DNA of 64,000 nucleotides from Glycera tridactyla (taxonomy: Eukaryota). Of the stretch, positions 1 to 10,908 are shown one piece after another. The notes beneath the pieces are model-generated. The model did not search any database and was not told the origin of the DNA. It saw only the letters and a program-made list of their open reading frames with translations. Positions within the stretch are counted from its first letter, which is position 1; each line of letters opens with the position of its first letter. Made by a program: the position numbers and the translations under genes. The stretch is from contig OZ286476.1 of NCBI GenBank assembly GCA_965644265.1, positions 8,680,001 to 8,744,000 of the forward strand, read 5' to 3'.

Positions 1-300
1 TTCAGATCCAGGAAGAGAACCCCCACCGGGCGCAATTTGTCTGACTCTCTATAGATGTTGTCCATGAAACTAGCCATGCACGTCCCAGTGGAGAGTCCCT
101 CCCTGAATCCAAACTGGGCATCCGACAGAACACATAAACCTGCCGATGAACCACTTTTTCAAGCACCTTACCTGATGGAGGCAGAATAGAAATAGGCCTA
201 AAATTATTTATCACTACCACCCTTATGTAATACTATGACGACTGCCTCTTTCCATAACGTCGGGAATGTTTGTGTACGTACCGACAATTGTCAAAGGTTC
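1..300 (-). mobile_element. Decayed CR1/L2-group LINE reverse transcriptase fragment, cut by the window edge
   Basis: Minus strand reads FPTLWKEAVVIVLHKGG / NNFRPISILP-KVLEKVVHRQVY / LSDAQFGFREGLSTGTC...VGVLFLDL across frameshifts. These match the WKxA-HK, NYRPIS, QxGFR and FLDL motifs of non-LTR RT. Confidence 0.75.
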
Positions 301-555
301 ATAGGTCAAGACAGAGGTATCAATCGTTGAGCGGGGAAAAACATTCTGACTGTGCTGAGCCATCCATGCGATGGATATCGTCAGGATCATTCAATACTTC
401 ACTTAGGTCATTGATGGGAGGTGAACATTTATGGAGTTCACAGAAGTGAATGGAATTCGCATAAATATTTGCTGCAGGCATGTACGATATCCCAGAGAAC
501 AACGTCAGAATATTGCACCTGCAGAATGAGCGGAAAAGGATGATATGTAAAATTA

Positions 556-995
556 GAGTAGATCTTGATAAGTGAGAGATATATATTTTATGAGGCAAGT
601 GGATGTTAATCAGAGAAGCACCCAACAACAACAAATTGGGTGAGAATTGGGGGAGGGTCATGAAGACGTTTTATTTTTTCCCAATGGCTGCTTTACTGCC
701 AAGCAGGAGTCATATGAATGCAAATGATGAAGACTTCCATTCGGCAGGTGATGCATTGGTGCTGGCAGATGGTGGTGACGACCTTGGCGTGATCATAAAA
801 TGGCGGCAGTTGCCAGGCAATATGAACGCGTTCCAAAGACCTTTTCACTTCAATGATGTATGTATCTGCTGAAGTCAGCTTATCCTTCTCAATGTGAGCT
901 CTTCCCATTCCATATATATTCTGACACTTAGTAAAAAAACCACTACCGCTACCACCACTACCACTTTCACCACCACATCATCATCATCATCATCG

Positions 996-1055
<60 letters not shown>

Positions 1056-1640
1056 ACATCATCATCATCATCACGATTATCTTCATCATCATAATCATCA
1101 TAATCATCATCGCGGGCCTGGATTGCTACACTGGTATTGGCGCCCAATGAGCCTGGTCAAAATGCTTTCCTCTGATGAAATATGTCAATAAGTCAAATTC
1201 CAGTGCGTATGTTGGAGATAAAGGAATGTGATATTGCCTGGAGACGTTCCACTCCAGTTCAATTAGCAACTCCCCAAATGTATCATTGAACTGATCACAA
1301 CCATGGGAGAAGAAAAAGCATGCACAAGAATAGGAAGATGAGTACAATCATCATCATTGTCACAACGATCATGAATCATGATTGTCAATGGGAGAAGGGA
1401 AGCGTTCTCGTGCTATTTGGACTTCTTAGCTGAATATAGCGGAGATGAATCATATATGAGTGGTGTCATTAAAAGAAGCTCTTGGCAATGTCATCAGCAT
1501 TTAATCAGCAGGTAATTGTGATAGATGGCCATCATAACATTGTCCTGATCAATATGTTAGCAGTGAATGGTTTCAAAAATGTCTCTCTACAATATCGCAC
1601 CAACGGGCGACTGGCTGCTACTCTCCCTGTCCTTCGGATT
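556..1640. repeat. Copy 1 of a ~1.1-kb direct repeat (copy 2 at 21091-22208), with an internal (CAT)n tract
   Basis: Collinear by eye with 21091-22147. A hand alignment of one block gave 18 differences in 192 nt with no indels. Confidence 0.9.
976..1100. repeat. (CAT)n microsatellite
   Basis: Visible directly; explains the poly-D and poly-S ORFs in the track. Confidence 0.95.
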
Positions 1641-4211
1641 CTTAGGATTCAATAGGATTCAATGAATTTTATTTTGGATATGAGAAAAACATCGCTCATT
1701 TCCATACCAAATGTATGATACATCACGTAGTACCATCACAAAATACAAGATACTTGCAAGACAATTAATAACACAAAATGAAGTGAGACAGCGGGTAGCT
1801 GCGTTATGTTGAGAACTCGTGTACAAAATGAATAGATAAATAAACACTACTCAAACCATCAGTTCACACACCTATATAACAATCAAACATGGGGTTATGT
1901 ATCTTGGTATCTGTACCACACATTTAAAGCTACCCTGCAGGTGGAGGTGACTGCATTCACCAAACGCCATGAAGGTCAACTATAGTTATTCACACATTAG
2001 ATTACCTAACTTGCCTATTGTCATTGAATACGAATGATGACTTCCTTATATCGCGCAGACGTTTCTTGAAAACAGGTAAGCTAGCTGTATCCTTCACAAT
2101 AGGGGGTAGCCCGTTATATATACGAGCTCCTCTTATCGCAATTGATTCGTCGCCAAAGATCAAGTTCGATCTAGGTACGATGAGTACCCCACTTGTTTGA
2201 CTTCTTGTAAGTGGTCCTTTGACTACAAGTCTAGCCTCAAATAGCCCATTCAGTGGAGGCGGGGTTTGGTCATGGATACAGCAGAAAACAAATACAGCGA
2301 CATGGTCATCACATCGTTCCTCTCTAGTGCAGAGACGTAGTCTCCAATATAGATTGTTTACAGGGGTCATAGTATCAGATTGCAGTATAATTCTACAAGC
2401 TGCGTTTTGCAGGCGTTGTAGTCGCTGTCGGTTTCCCGGGCAAATGCTGCTATAAGCAATGTCCCCATAATCAATAATCGGGAGCACTAGGGATGTGTAT
2501 AACATGCGCACGGTGCATTGGTCAATACAATTTCTAGCCTTGCCGATGACTAAAAGCTTGTGGATACAATTTATAGCGGTATACATGGTATGCTTGTCGA
2601 AGCTGAGTCGAGGTTCAAGATATATTCCTAGATATTTAAACTTATCAACTCGCTCAATGATTTCCCCATTCATGACCATCATCATATTGTGATATCTAAC
2701 CCGATTCTGTGCTGTACCAAAGACTATCCACTTTGTTTTCTTAGTATTGAGCGTGAGTTTGTTGAGATGGAGCAACGACTCAGTTTCGAGTATTGATAAT
2801 TGTGAATCTAGTTCAAGTTGGTCAGGGTCATCCCGGATTGCATATAGGACAGTATTGTCAGCATACATGCATACACTACAATCTCTGATTGATTCCGGCA
2901 AGTCATTGATATACACCACAAACAGTAGTGGCCCCAAAATTGAGCCCTGTGGTACACCACAGGTGATAGATCTCTTGCCGATAACACATTTCTCACCCTT
3001 GTTACTTGGGTTCGGTTACTAAGATACACTCTGAACCAATTCAAAGTGTCATCAGAGATGCCATACTTAGAGAGATTGTGTAGTAATGTCTCATGATTTA
3101 CCGTGTCGAATGCCTTCTTGAGAACCAGAAAGACTGCTCCAGTAGCACGCCCTGTGTCAATTCCGTCTATAATTTCCTCAAGCAGTGCAGTCAGGCACGT
3201 GCTAGTAGAGTGGCCCCCTCCGAAACCCTGACTGCATCCAACTCAGTAAATCATGAGACCTCAAATAGTCATATAATTGACCATGTAAGGCTCTCTCCAT
3301 CACCTTACTTATAACAGGAAGAACACTCATAGGCCTATAATTGCTGATATCATCCCAAGGCCCTCCCTTATGAATTGGACATACAATCGCCCTTTTTAAT
3401 TCAAGGAGGATTGAGTTATTCCTGATCGTGATGTTTAAAATGTGTGTCAAGGCGGGTAATGTAACTCCCAGAGAACACTTCAGAAGACAAGCAGGTATTT
3501 CGTTGATCCCAGTTGCTTTTGCATCTGATATTCTATTGAGTTCCTGCTCCACAAAAACCCCATCTACCTCCCCTAGACTGAATTTTGGTGCTCCCTCCGG
3601 GACTCTATCCCACATGTCGGTTTGGATACCAGCCTGGAATTTGTTGGCCAGTTCCTCACCTATGCCACAAAAAAAATGTTTCACTAGGTTTGCAATCTTG
3701 GCAGGGTCACTTTCTCCCTGTAATTTTGTCAGATCGGTCGTCATACATGAGTTGGGTAAGAGTCGTCAGATGGTGGCCCATAGTTTTTTATAGTCGTGGC
3801 GGTATCTCTGTAAGGCTGTGACAAGATAATTACGTTTGAAGTTCTTCTCCAGTGCCAATGTGCGGTTTCGTGCAAGTCGATTCCTCTCCCAATTTTCTTC
3901 AGTTTTGTGTCTGTCATATGTCTTTTCATACTGGTCTCTTTCATCACAAAAACCCTCTAACTGGCCATTTCTCCATGAGACAGAGTTTGCATCGATCATC
4001 TTTTCTCTCCATGGGACCACTCTGTCCATCACATTCACGAATTTGCCTTCAAATAATGACCACGCCCTCTCACTGTCATTTGTGTCCATGATCTCTTACT
4101 GGTTCCATTCCATAGCGCACCTCAGTAGCTTGTCCATACTAAATACCCTGTAGCTTCTAAACTTAATTTTTATCGGCTCTTTTGGGACTTTCCCTTTTTT
4201 TCTGCTAATGT
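1641..4211 (-). mobile_element. 5'-truncated, frameshifted CR1/L2-group LINE (ORF2 linker, RT, 3' UTR and tandem-repeat tail)
   Basis: Successive minus-strand pieces: IKFRSY (~4170), RAWSLF...KKLW (3766-4089), RPMSVLP...QSGFR (3202-3744), GPLLF...YADNT...FKYLG...RLQRLQN (2002-2937). The 3' end has AATAAA (1668-1673, minus) followed by (ATTGAATCCT)2 at 1644-1663. Confidence 0.9.
2002..4200 (-). pseudogene. Disrupted LINE ORF2; endonuclease missing, YADD motif changed to YADN
   Basis: ORF is split into at least four frame segments. The RT catalytic motif reads MYADNT. Confidence 0.85.
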
Positions 4212-4268
4212 CCCTCTAGTCTAGTCTGTCCAAATATATCTTCAGAGGCAACAAGTTTTCATGATCAA

Positions 4269-4451
4269 TTGCTACCTGTCCAACTTCTAACTATTCTCGT
4301 ATTTAGTCCAATGGTAGTTAAGGACATCTATAAAATTGTCAGCAGGATGTCAAACTCGAAAAGGAGTGGAAATGATGGCCTACCGCCAACCATTCTAAAA
4401 TGGATAGTACCATTTATTGGGATCTTCTCGAAGTATATCTTAACAATGTGA
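4269..4451 (+). mobile_element. Short decayed LINE ORF2 fragment (region just before RT)
   Basis: FSPMVVKDIYKIVSRMSNSKRSGNDGLPPTILK resembles the FxxVxxxEVxxIIxxLKxxKSxGxDGIPxxILK pattern of CR1/L2 ORF2. Confidence 0.55.
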
Positions 4452-4816
4452 GTTTCTAGGAGCTTGCACTGAATCTTGATTGCAATGTCCTCATTGCATG
4501 CATATTTTAGAATTGTAAATGACTCGGACTCTTGTTTAACTTTGCTGTTAATTTTTCATTGGGTTGAATAAACGTCGATCAAAACGACCACTTATAAATG
4601 ATTCACTCCAAATCAGCTTCAGAATAATTTGTGCCAGTTGCTTGTGGTACTGAATGCAAAGCATAGCTTCAGTCAAGTGGATACATATATCTGAAGGAAG
4701 TGATGCTCCATCTTTTTGGGAATTCTTCACGTATGTGCTTAGAGTGTTCTAATAAAGAGTTGTTCTTTAACTACCAACCAACCAATCTACCAAACATGTG
4801 AACCTACCCAAGATAT

Positions 4817-4824
4817 GTGTTGTT

Positions 4825-4873
<49 letters not shown>

Positions 4874-4912
4874 TGTGTGTGTGTGTTTGTGTGTGTGTGG
4901 GTGTGTGTGTGT
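4817..4912. repeat. (TG)n microsatellite
   Basis: Visible directly. Confidence 0.95.
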
Positions 4913-4982
4913 GCGTCTTTGTGTCCTAACTTTTATAAAGATTCAAATGATACACAAACCATCGTTGTTGTGGCACAATACC

Positions 4983-5162
4983 AGTTAATACCGTGCCTGT
5001 CTCTCCCTCAAATTCTGCATCCCCCATGCCTAACTACCTTTACGAACTTTACTACAAAAGTGAATTCCCCTAGATGGACCCACCGGCGTCGCCGCCTATA
5101 ACGCCATCTAGCGTCTCCCCATCTAAGCTGCGCGTCGGCGCGCATGCGCCCATCGTATTTTC
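4983..5162 (+). repeat. DIRS left inverted terminal repeat
   Basis: 4996-5162 is the reverse complement of 11966-12132 (167 bp, one mismatch at 5142/11986). 4984-4992 pairs with 12135-12143. Confidence 0.97.
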
Positions 5163-5493
5163 TTTTTTCGGACCCGCCATTACGGTCCTTGAAAGAATTC
5201 TCCTAACGGATTTCGATTCGTGTGCCATAGATATTGCCTTTACGTGCGTCGCGGCGTCCTGGATAGATTGCCTAGAGTTTACACTTGGATATAGATATTG
5301 TCCTGCCTGTGTGTGAAATTCCTATCCAGTGCGTCGCGCGTTATAGATTTGTGCTCGCGCTCCCGCGTTGACAGCTGTCAAACGCCTGACAGGGAGGTGG
5401 GGCACTATCGCATGTTGTGTATGATCTTTGAAATGACAAACGTTTAGTTTGTCTGTGATTTTCATATCATTGTGTGTTCATATCATTGTCATT

Positions 5494-8400
5494 ATGTCAT
5501 CACATGCTCTACGCGCCTCCTGTGGCCACTTCAAGGCACAGTGGGATAATCATTCATTGTGCCCCTCATGTCGAGATTGTGGAAAGGGCAGAGAGGGGTC
5601 AGATAATGAAACTGTATGTGATGTATGTGAAGATTGGTCCCCTGATCTCTGGCAACGTCATTACGACAGAAAAACCCATCAGTCACGTAAATATGCCCTC
5701 AAGAAGAAGGCTGCAGCTAGGTTAGAACAGTCAAGTGTTCCCAGTGCAGAGTTGCAAGTTTCTGACAAACAGGCCAAGGAATGGCAAGCTCATGCTAAGA
5801 AAGTACTAGCCAAGAGTAAAGTGGACGACAAATTAGCTGAAGCTGCCTTACGTTCAGGTAGATCTGTTAGCTCTGAGCCATCAACTAGATCCCCTAGAGG
5901 TCAGTTACCAAGTAGACCTAGTTCTCTTGCTACCCCTATGAGAGACTCAGATGATGATAGCCTTTCGTTCCGCCCTCCATTGAGGCCTCAGACTAGTATC
6001 AGGACTCAAAAAGCAAAGAGAGGTAGTTCTCACTCTTCTTCTCCAAGATGTAGGGACGTGTCAGTTCATCTCACCAGAGATCAGGTAGTTGAGAATGCCC
6101 TTCCATCAACATCAGTGCCTAAGGGTAAACAAGGGTCAAATTCTCACAAGAAATCAAAATCTCATGAGAGATCAAGATCAAAATCAAAAAAGTCAAAAAG
6201 TTGGTCAGATGACGAGCCTCAGACCCCCCATATGCCATCGGTCGGTGCAACTTCTGCAGACGATGAGCATATGAATGATATCATTTCACATATTGACCAG
6301 GATACATCGGTGCCGGGTTTTGACCAGGCAGGTGTATCCAGTCAGAATGATACAAGGGATAGGCCTGATTCAATGCCCCGTGACCGGTCTGAACTCAGCG
6401 GTACCGGACAGGGAGCAGAAGATGATCTTCAGATAGATTCTGATTTAGAGATCATATCAGAGGATATTGTTGACCGGGCATCAAGCACCGGGCACCGGGC
6501 ATCACCGGGGCACCGGGCACGATCTCCAGTTCGGTCTGAGATTGAATATGGTGACATTAGTGATCAGGTACCAGGCACCGGGCACCGGGCATCAACCGGG
6601 CGCCGGGCACTGACTCCAGTCCATGCAGTGACAAATGATCAAATGGTTACAAAACAGCCATTGGTACATCAGGTTGTGGTACATAGTGCAGACATAGAGG
6701 ATCAGTCTAGTACACATAGTGAGACTAGATCAACTAAGAAAGGGTCTCATGTCAGTAGAAAGAAATCCACAGAACAGTTGTCTTCTCTGCCTAAGACTGT
6801 CTTCGGTTCAGTCTCTCCTAGAGACACTCAATCAGATTCAGCAAGACCTATGTATAGGAAGAGGAGACTCGATTCATGTTCTGTTAGCTCTCCTCCTCTT
6901 CCCGCTTCTTCATGGCTTCAACTCATGAAAGCTCGCAGATTAAGTGTTTCTGGATCTAGGGTTAGTTCTACTGTTTCTAAACCTCAGGAGAATACAAACC
7001 CTGTGTCAGGAGACAACTCTATGTCAACCCAGGTTCATTCACCAAGACCTAGGGTAACAAAATCAGCTCAGGCCTTGGTTACAAGTAATTTCGACCAGGC
7101 AGTTAGTGTAACAGCCACCAAAACACCAGTCACCGGACCACCAGTCACCAAACCACCGGTCACCAAACCACCAGTCATCAGGCCACCAGTCACCAAAACA
7201 CCAGTCAATGTGGCTCCTTCACCAGTCAAATTGATTAGGCCAGCCAAAATGACTCAAGCACCAGTGCCTCAAGCACCAGTGTCTCAACCACCTGCTATTG
7301 TAGCCATTACTCATGTGGCTACAGGTAGGAATGTTGCCTCTTCTCATAGTAATAAGCCTAGATCAGTAGCTACTACTAGTAGACCAGTACATACTCAGAA
7401 GGTAGATAAACCTACAACAAGTACTATACCACCTAAAGTACAGGCTAGTCAGCCACAAGTTAGTAGCCAACCAGCCGCATATTCTCTGTCTCCTAGTCCA
7501 TCTGAAGGTTCAGACTCTGATAGTGATGAAGACTGGTCGGATAGAGACAGAAGATCCACCAGAGCTCTCATCAAAAGTATGAGATCAGAGATGCACAGTT
7601 TGAGAAAAGAGGTGAGGGAAACTAGGGAGCAAAGTGCAGCCCAAGCCGAAATTCTTGAAAATCAAGAGGAAACCGAGAGACCAGCTCAGACTCAACGTAT
7701 GAGAACCTTCAGGCGTTATGCGTCTGAGGTACTTACAGAGTACATGGGTCACCCAGATCCATCGTTGCTAAACACAACAGGTATGGCTGGGGACACCATG
7801 AAGTCTAAATATGAGGCAGATACGAGAGCTAGAGAGGTGCAAAGACTGGTAGATTTCACCTTGCCTTTGTCACCTATGGTGAAGAATACTCAGAAGTATA
7901 TTGATAAACATCTTCAGGGTAGGGAGAGATTCCAGCCTTTAGCAGAAAAGAATGCTCCTCTATCTGAGTTTGTTCCACCCCAGGGTGGTAACAGTGAGGC
8001 CTTGAATAGAACATTCAAGACCAATTTCCCACCTATGCCAGGCTGCAATGCCAGGGTCTATAAAATGAGACCAGACGATGAGGGAAATGAGGGGTACTGT
8101 GTGGTTGCTCCAGAGATCGACAGCGATTATGCCTGCTTCGGTAAGGCATCAAAAGCTGAGTTGAAGCCCTCAGTTGAAGAAAATATGGTGAGAGAGGCCC
8201 TTAAGGTTCTCTCATATACTGACGTGGCACTGGCTGCTTCTCTTAGAGCTACACATGATGATGTAGAAGATGTTGAAAATCTTGAAGAGAAAGCAGAGAT
8301 GGCCATGAACATTGGATTGAAAGCCCTAGAGCATGCAACCTTCATTATAGCGAAGGTTGCAGGCAATATGGAATTGACACGCAGAACACAAGCCTTGGAG

Positions 8401-8808
8401 TCAGTTTCATTTGATGATTTAGCTCGTGCTCAGCTGAGGTCCCTGCCTCTTGGACAACAGTCTCTGTTTGGTGGGAGGCTACAAGAGGCTTGTGATCAGT
8501 CATGGGAAAGATCGAGAAAGAGATCCAACATGGATGACGATGCTAAGAAGGGTTCATCAGGCTTTAGACCAGGTTTTCAGTTCAGGGGCCAGAACAGTCA
8601 AACAAAATCTGCCAACAGATCTAGAGGTGGTGCCACTCGTGGCAGAAACAGAGGCAGAGGTCAGAGATCTGCTAAGAATGAGGATGATGCTCCATTAGGT
8701 CACCAGGACACTCATTCTTACAATCAGCAGAGAGGCCAGTCCCATGTGAGAAGTGACAGGAAGCAGTCTGGCAGGAGGAGGAATAGGGGTCGTGGATGCC
8801 GGCCCTAG
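5494..8808 (+). CDS. gag: DIRS ORF1 Gag-like protein, 1104 aa
   Basis: Stop-free; first in-frame ATG at 5494. N-terminal Cys/His cluster (CGH...HSLCPSCRDC...CDVC), long S/P/T/R-rich middle, NMELTRR...LRSLP...LFGGRL block typical of DIRS1 Gag, and an RG-rich C-terminus. Confidence 0.9.
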   Translation: MSSHALRASCGHFKAQWDNHSLCPSCRDCGKGREGSDNETVCDVCEDWSPDLWQRHYDRKTHQSRKYALKKKAAARLEQSSVPSAELQVSDKQAKEWQAHAKKVLAKSKVDDKLAEAALRSGRSVSSEPSTRSPRGQLPSRPSSLATPMRDSDDDSLSFRPPLRPQTSIRTQKAKRGSSHSSSPRCRDVSVHLTRDQVVENALPSTSVPKGKQGSNSHKKSKSHERSRSKSKKSKSWSDDEPQTPHMPSVGATSADDEHMNDIISHIDQDTSVPGFDQAGVSSQNDTRDRPDSMPRDRSELSGTGQGAEDDLQIDSDLEIISEDIVDRASSTGHRASPGHRARSPVRSEIEYGDISDQVPGTGHRASTGRRALTPVHAVTNDQMVTKQPLVHQVVVHSADIEDQSSTHSETRSTKKGSHVSRKKSTEQLSSLPKTVFGSVSPRDTQSDSARPMYRKRRLDSCSVSSPPLPASSWLQLMKARRLSVSGSRVSSTVSKPQENTNPVSGDNSMSTQVHSPRPRVTKSAQALVTSNFDQAVSVTATKTPVTGPPVTKPPVTKPPVIRPPVTKTPVNVAPSPVKLIRPAKMTQAPVPQAPVSQPPAIVAITHVATGRNVASSHSNKPRSVATTSRPVHTQKVDKPTTSTIPPKVQASQPQVSSQPAAYSLSPSPSEGSDSDSDEDWSDRDRRSTRALIKSMRSEMHSLRKEVRETREQSAAQAEILENQEETERPAQTQRMRTFRRYASEVLTEYMGHPDPSLLNTTGMAGDTMKSKYEADTRAREVQRLVDFTLPLSPMVKNTQKYIDKHLQGRERFQPLAEKNAPLSEFVPPQGGNSEALNRTFKTNFPPMPGCNARVYKMRPDDEGNEGYCVVAPEIDSDYACFGKASKAELKPSVEENMVREALKVLSYTDVALAASLRATHDDVEDVENLEEKAEMAMNIGLKALEHATFIIAKVAGNMELTRRTQALESVSFDDLARAQLRSLPLGQQSLFGGRLQEACDQSWERSRKRSNMDDDAKKGSSGFRPGFQFRGQNSQTKSANRSRGGATRGRNRGRGQRSAKNEDDAPLGHQDTHSYNQQRGQSHVRSDRKQSGRRRNRGRGCRP

Positions 8809-8809
8809 G

Positions 8810-10908
8810 ATGCAGTGCGCCACTCCTCAGTCTCCTTGTGTAGGGGCAAGACTGACACAATTTGTGTCAGCATGGAAGAATCTGACGGACAATCGCTTTA
8901 TTTTAGCGATAGTAGAGGAAGGACTAAAAATCAGGTTTACTCGACAACCAAACCTTTCTCAAGACTTTCGACCATTCTCAGGTCCCAAAGAGAGAAGCGA
9001 GAAATGGTTCGCTCTCAAGGACGAAATTCAGAAAATGTTGGAGAAGAGGGCCATTGTCCCTCTAACTCCAGACTGTGGTCCGGGGTATTACAGCAACCTT
9101 TTTCTCGTGGCCAAGGCTTCAGGGGGATTTCACCCCATAATCAATTTGAAGCCGTTGAACCGTCATATTTACAACCAACGGTTCAAAATGGAGACCGTCA
9201 GATCGGTAGTCAAAGCAATTTTACCAGGCGATTGGTCAGTCTCTATAGACCTTAGCAATGCTTACTTCCACGTGCCCATTCACAAGGACCATCAAAAATT
9301 TCTGAGGTTCGCAGTGTCCAAGGAGAAGGCGTTCCAATTCAGGGCCCTTCCCTTCGGACTATGTACTGCGCCTCGGATATTCACGATGGTGTTGAGAGAG
9401 ATGGCGCACCATCTCCACCTGAGGGGCATCAAGGTCCATCTATACCTGGACGATTGGCTCATACGTCATCAGGATCCAGAGACCTTGATGTCCCATCTGA
9501 ATTATGTTATTCAGATAGCAGAAAGTCTGGGTTGGCTCATCAACTTGGACAAATCAGAACTGGTGCCGAGGCAAGAATTTGCTCATCTAGGAGTGCTTTT
9601 CAACACTCAGAATCAATTAGTCTTCCCAACCATGAAAAGAATAGAGAAACTGGAGGATTGTCTTCGTCTCTTTATAAGACGTCCATTTCAGCCTGCGAGG
9701 TCAGTGCTCCGCATTCTAGGACATATGTCCAGCCTCGCAGATTATATTCAGTTAGGTCGGCTCCACATGAGACCACTTCAACTTTGTCTTTTGTCTCAGT
9801 GGAGACTGCACACAGAGAGTCTGGAGAAGATGATCACGATTCATCAGGAAGTCTTAGAAATCCTTCAGTGGTGGCAAGACAGGAACAACACTCTGAAAGG
9901 TGTTCCACTGTCTCCTCAAGAACCAGATTGTCTGTTGACAACAGATGCGTCACTAACAGGGTGGGGGGCTCATATTTCGGCCAACCAGTTGAGAGACCAA
10001 GGGTCAGGAGAGTGGCCTTCCAGTTACAGTCAGAGATCGATCAAATCTCTGGAACTGGAAGCCATTCTCCTGGCACTGGAGAAGTTTGCAGATCACATCA
10101 GAGGTTGAGTAGTCATGATTCTGTCAGACAACGTGACAGCAATCTCATACATGAAGAACAGGGAGGCACACACAATTCATTTCTGTGCGGCCTCGCCTGG
10201 CAAACACTGATGTTTGCAAACAGACTTCAAGCAACATTGAAGGTTCATCACATTCCCGGCAAATGCAACGTTCTTGCAGACGCTCTCTCCAGATCAGCTC
10301 CCATTCAAACCGAATTGGAACTACATCCGCAAATATTCCAACAGATTCTGGACATATTCAAGGTCTCTCCAACCATAGATCTTATGGCAACGTTTCACAA
10401 TCGGAAACTACCAGTTTTCATCAGCCCCTTCCCAGACCAAGCGGCATGGGGAGTGGACGCTCTCTCAGTGAGTTGGGTGGGCTTTCAAGTAGCATACGTG
10501 TTCCCACCAACAGCTCTAGTGAGAGAAATTCTCAACAAGTTGAGGGGACTAGACCTGGTTCTGGTGTGCATAGCACCGTGGTGGCCGAACCAGGCCTGGT
10601 TCCCCGACTTGAGGGAACTGTCTATCATGAATCCGATTCAGTTGCCATTACCGAGGGACCTGCTGACCCAGGTAGTGAAGGGGAGGACCCTGAACCACAG
10701 GAGACCTCAGGTCCTCAACCTTCACGCCTGGTGTTTATCAGGCAGGCCCTCAACACGAGGAATTTACCTCCAGAAGCAGTGGATAGAATCTCCCAACCTG
10801 TTAGACCATCAACAGCAAAGGTTTACAACTGCAGATGGGCTACTTGGGAATCATACTGCAACAGAAATGGAATTGTGGCGACCAATCCCTCTTTGGCCTT
10901 CATCCTAA
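8810..10908 (+). pseudogene. pol: DIRS ORF2: reverse transcriptase, RNase H and Dam-like methyltransferase, with two lesions
   Basis: RT: SIDLSNAYFH, LPFGL, YLDD. RNase H: TDAS, LELEA, SDN, LADALSR. MT: IDLMA, YVFPP, IAPWWP. In-frame TGA at 10106-10108 and a 1-bp deletion at ~10157-10158; repairing both gives 699 aa from ATG 8810. Confidence 0.92.

Noticed and set aside
875-1147. Poly-Asp/Ser/His/Thr/Ile ORFs (also 18506-18887, 21425-21726, 35680-36131, 41229-41889, 54305-54859)
   Set aside because: They are translations of trinucleotide microsatellites or N-runs and contain no domain.
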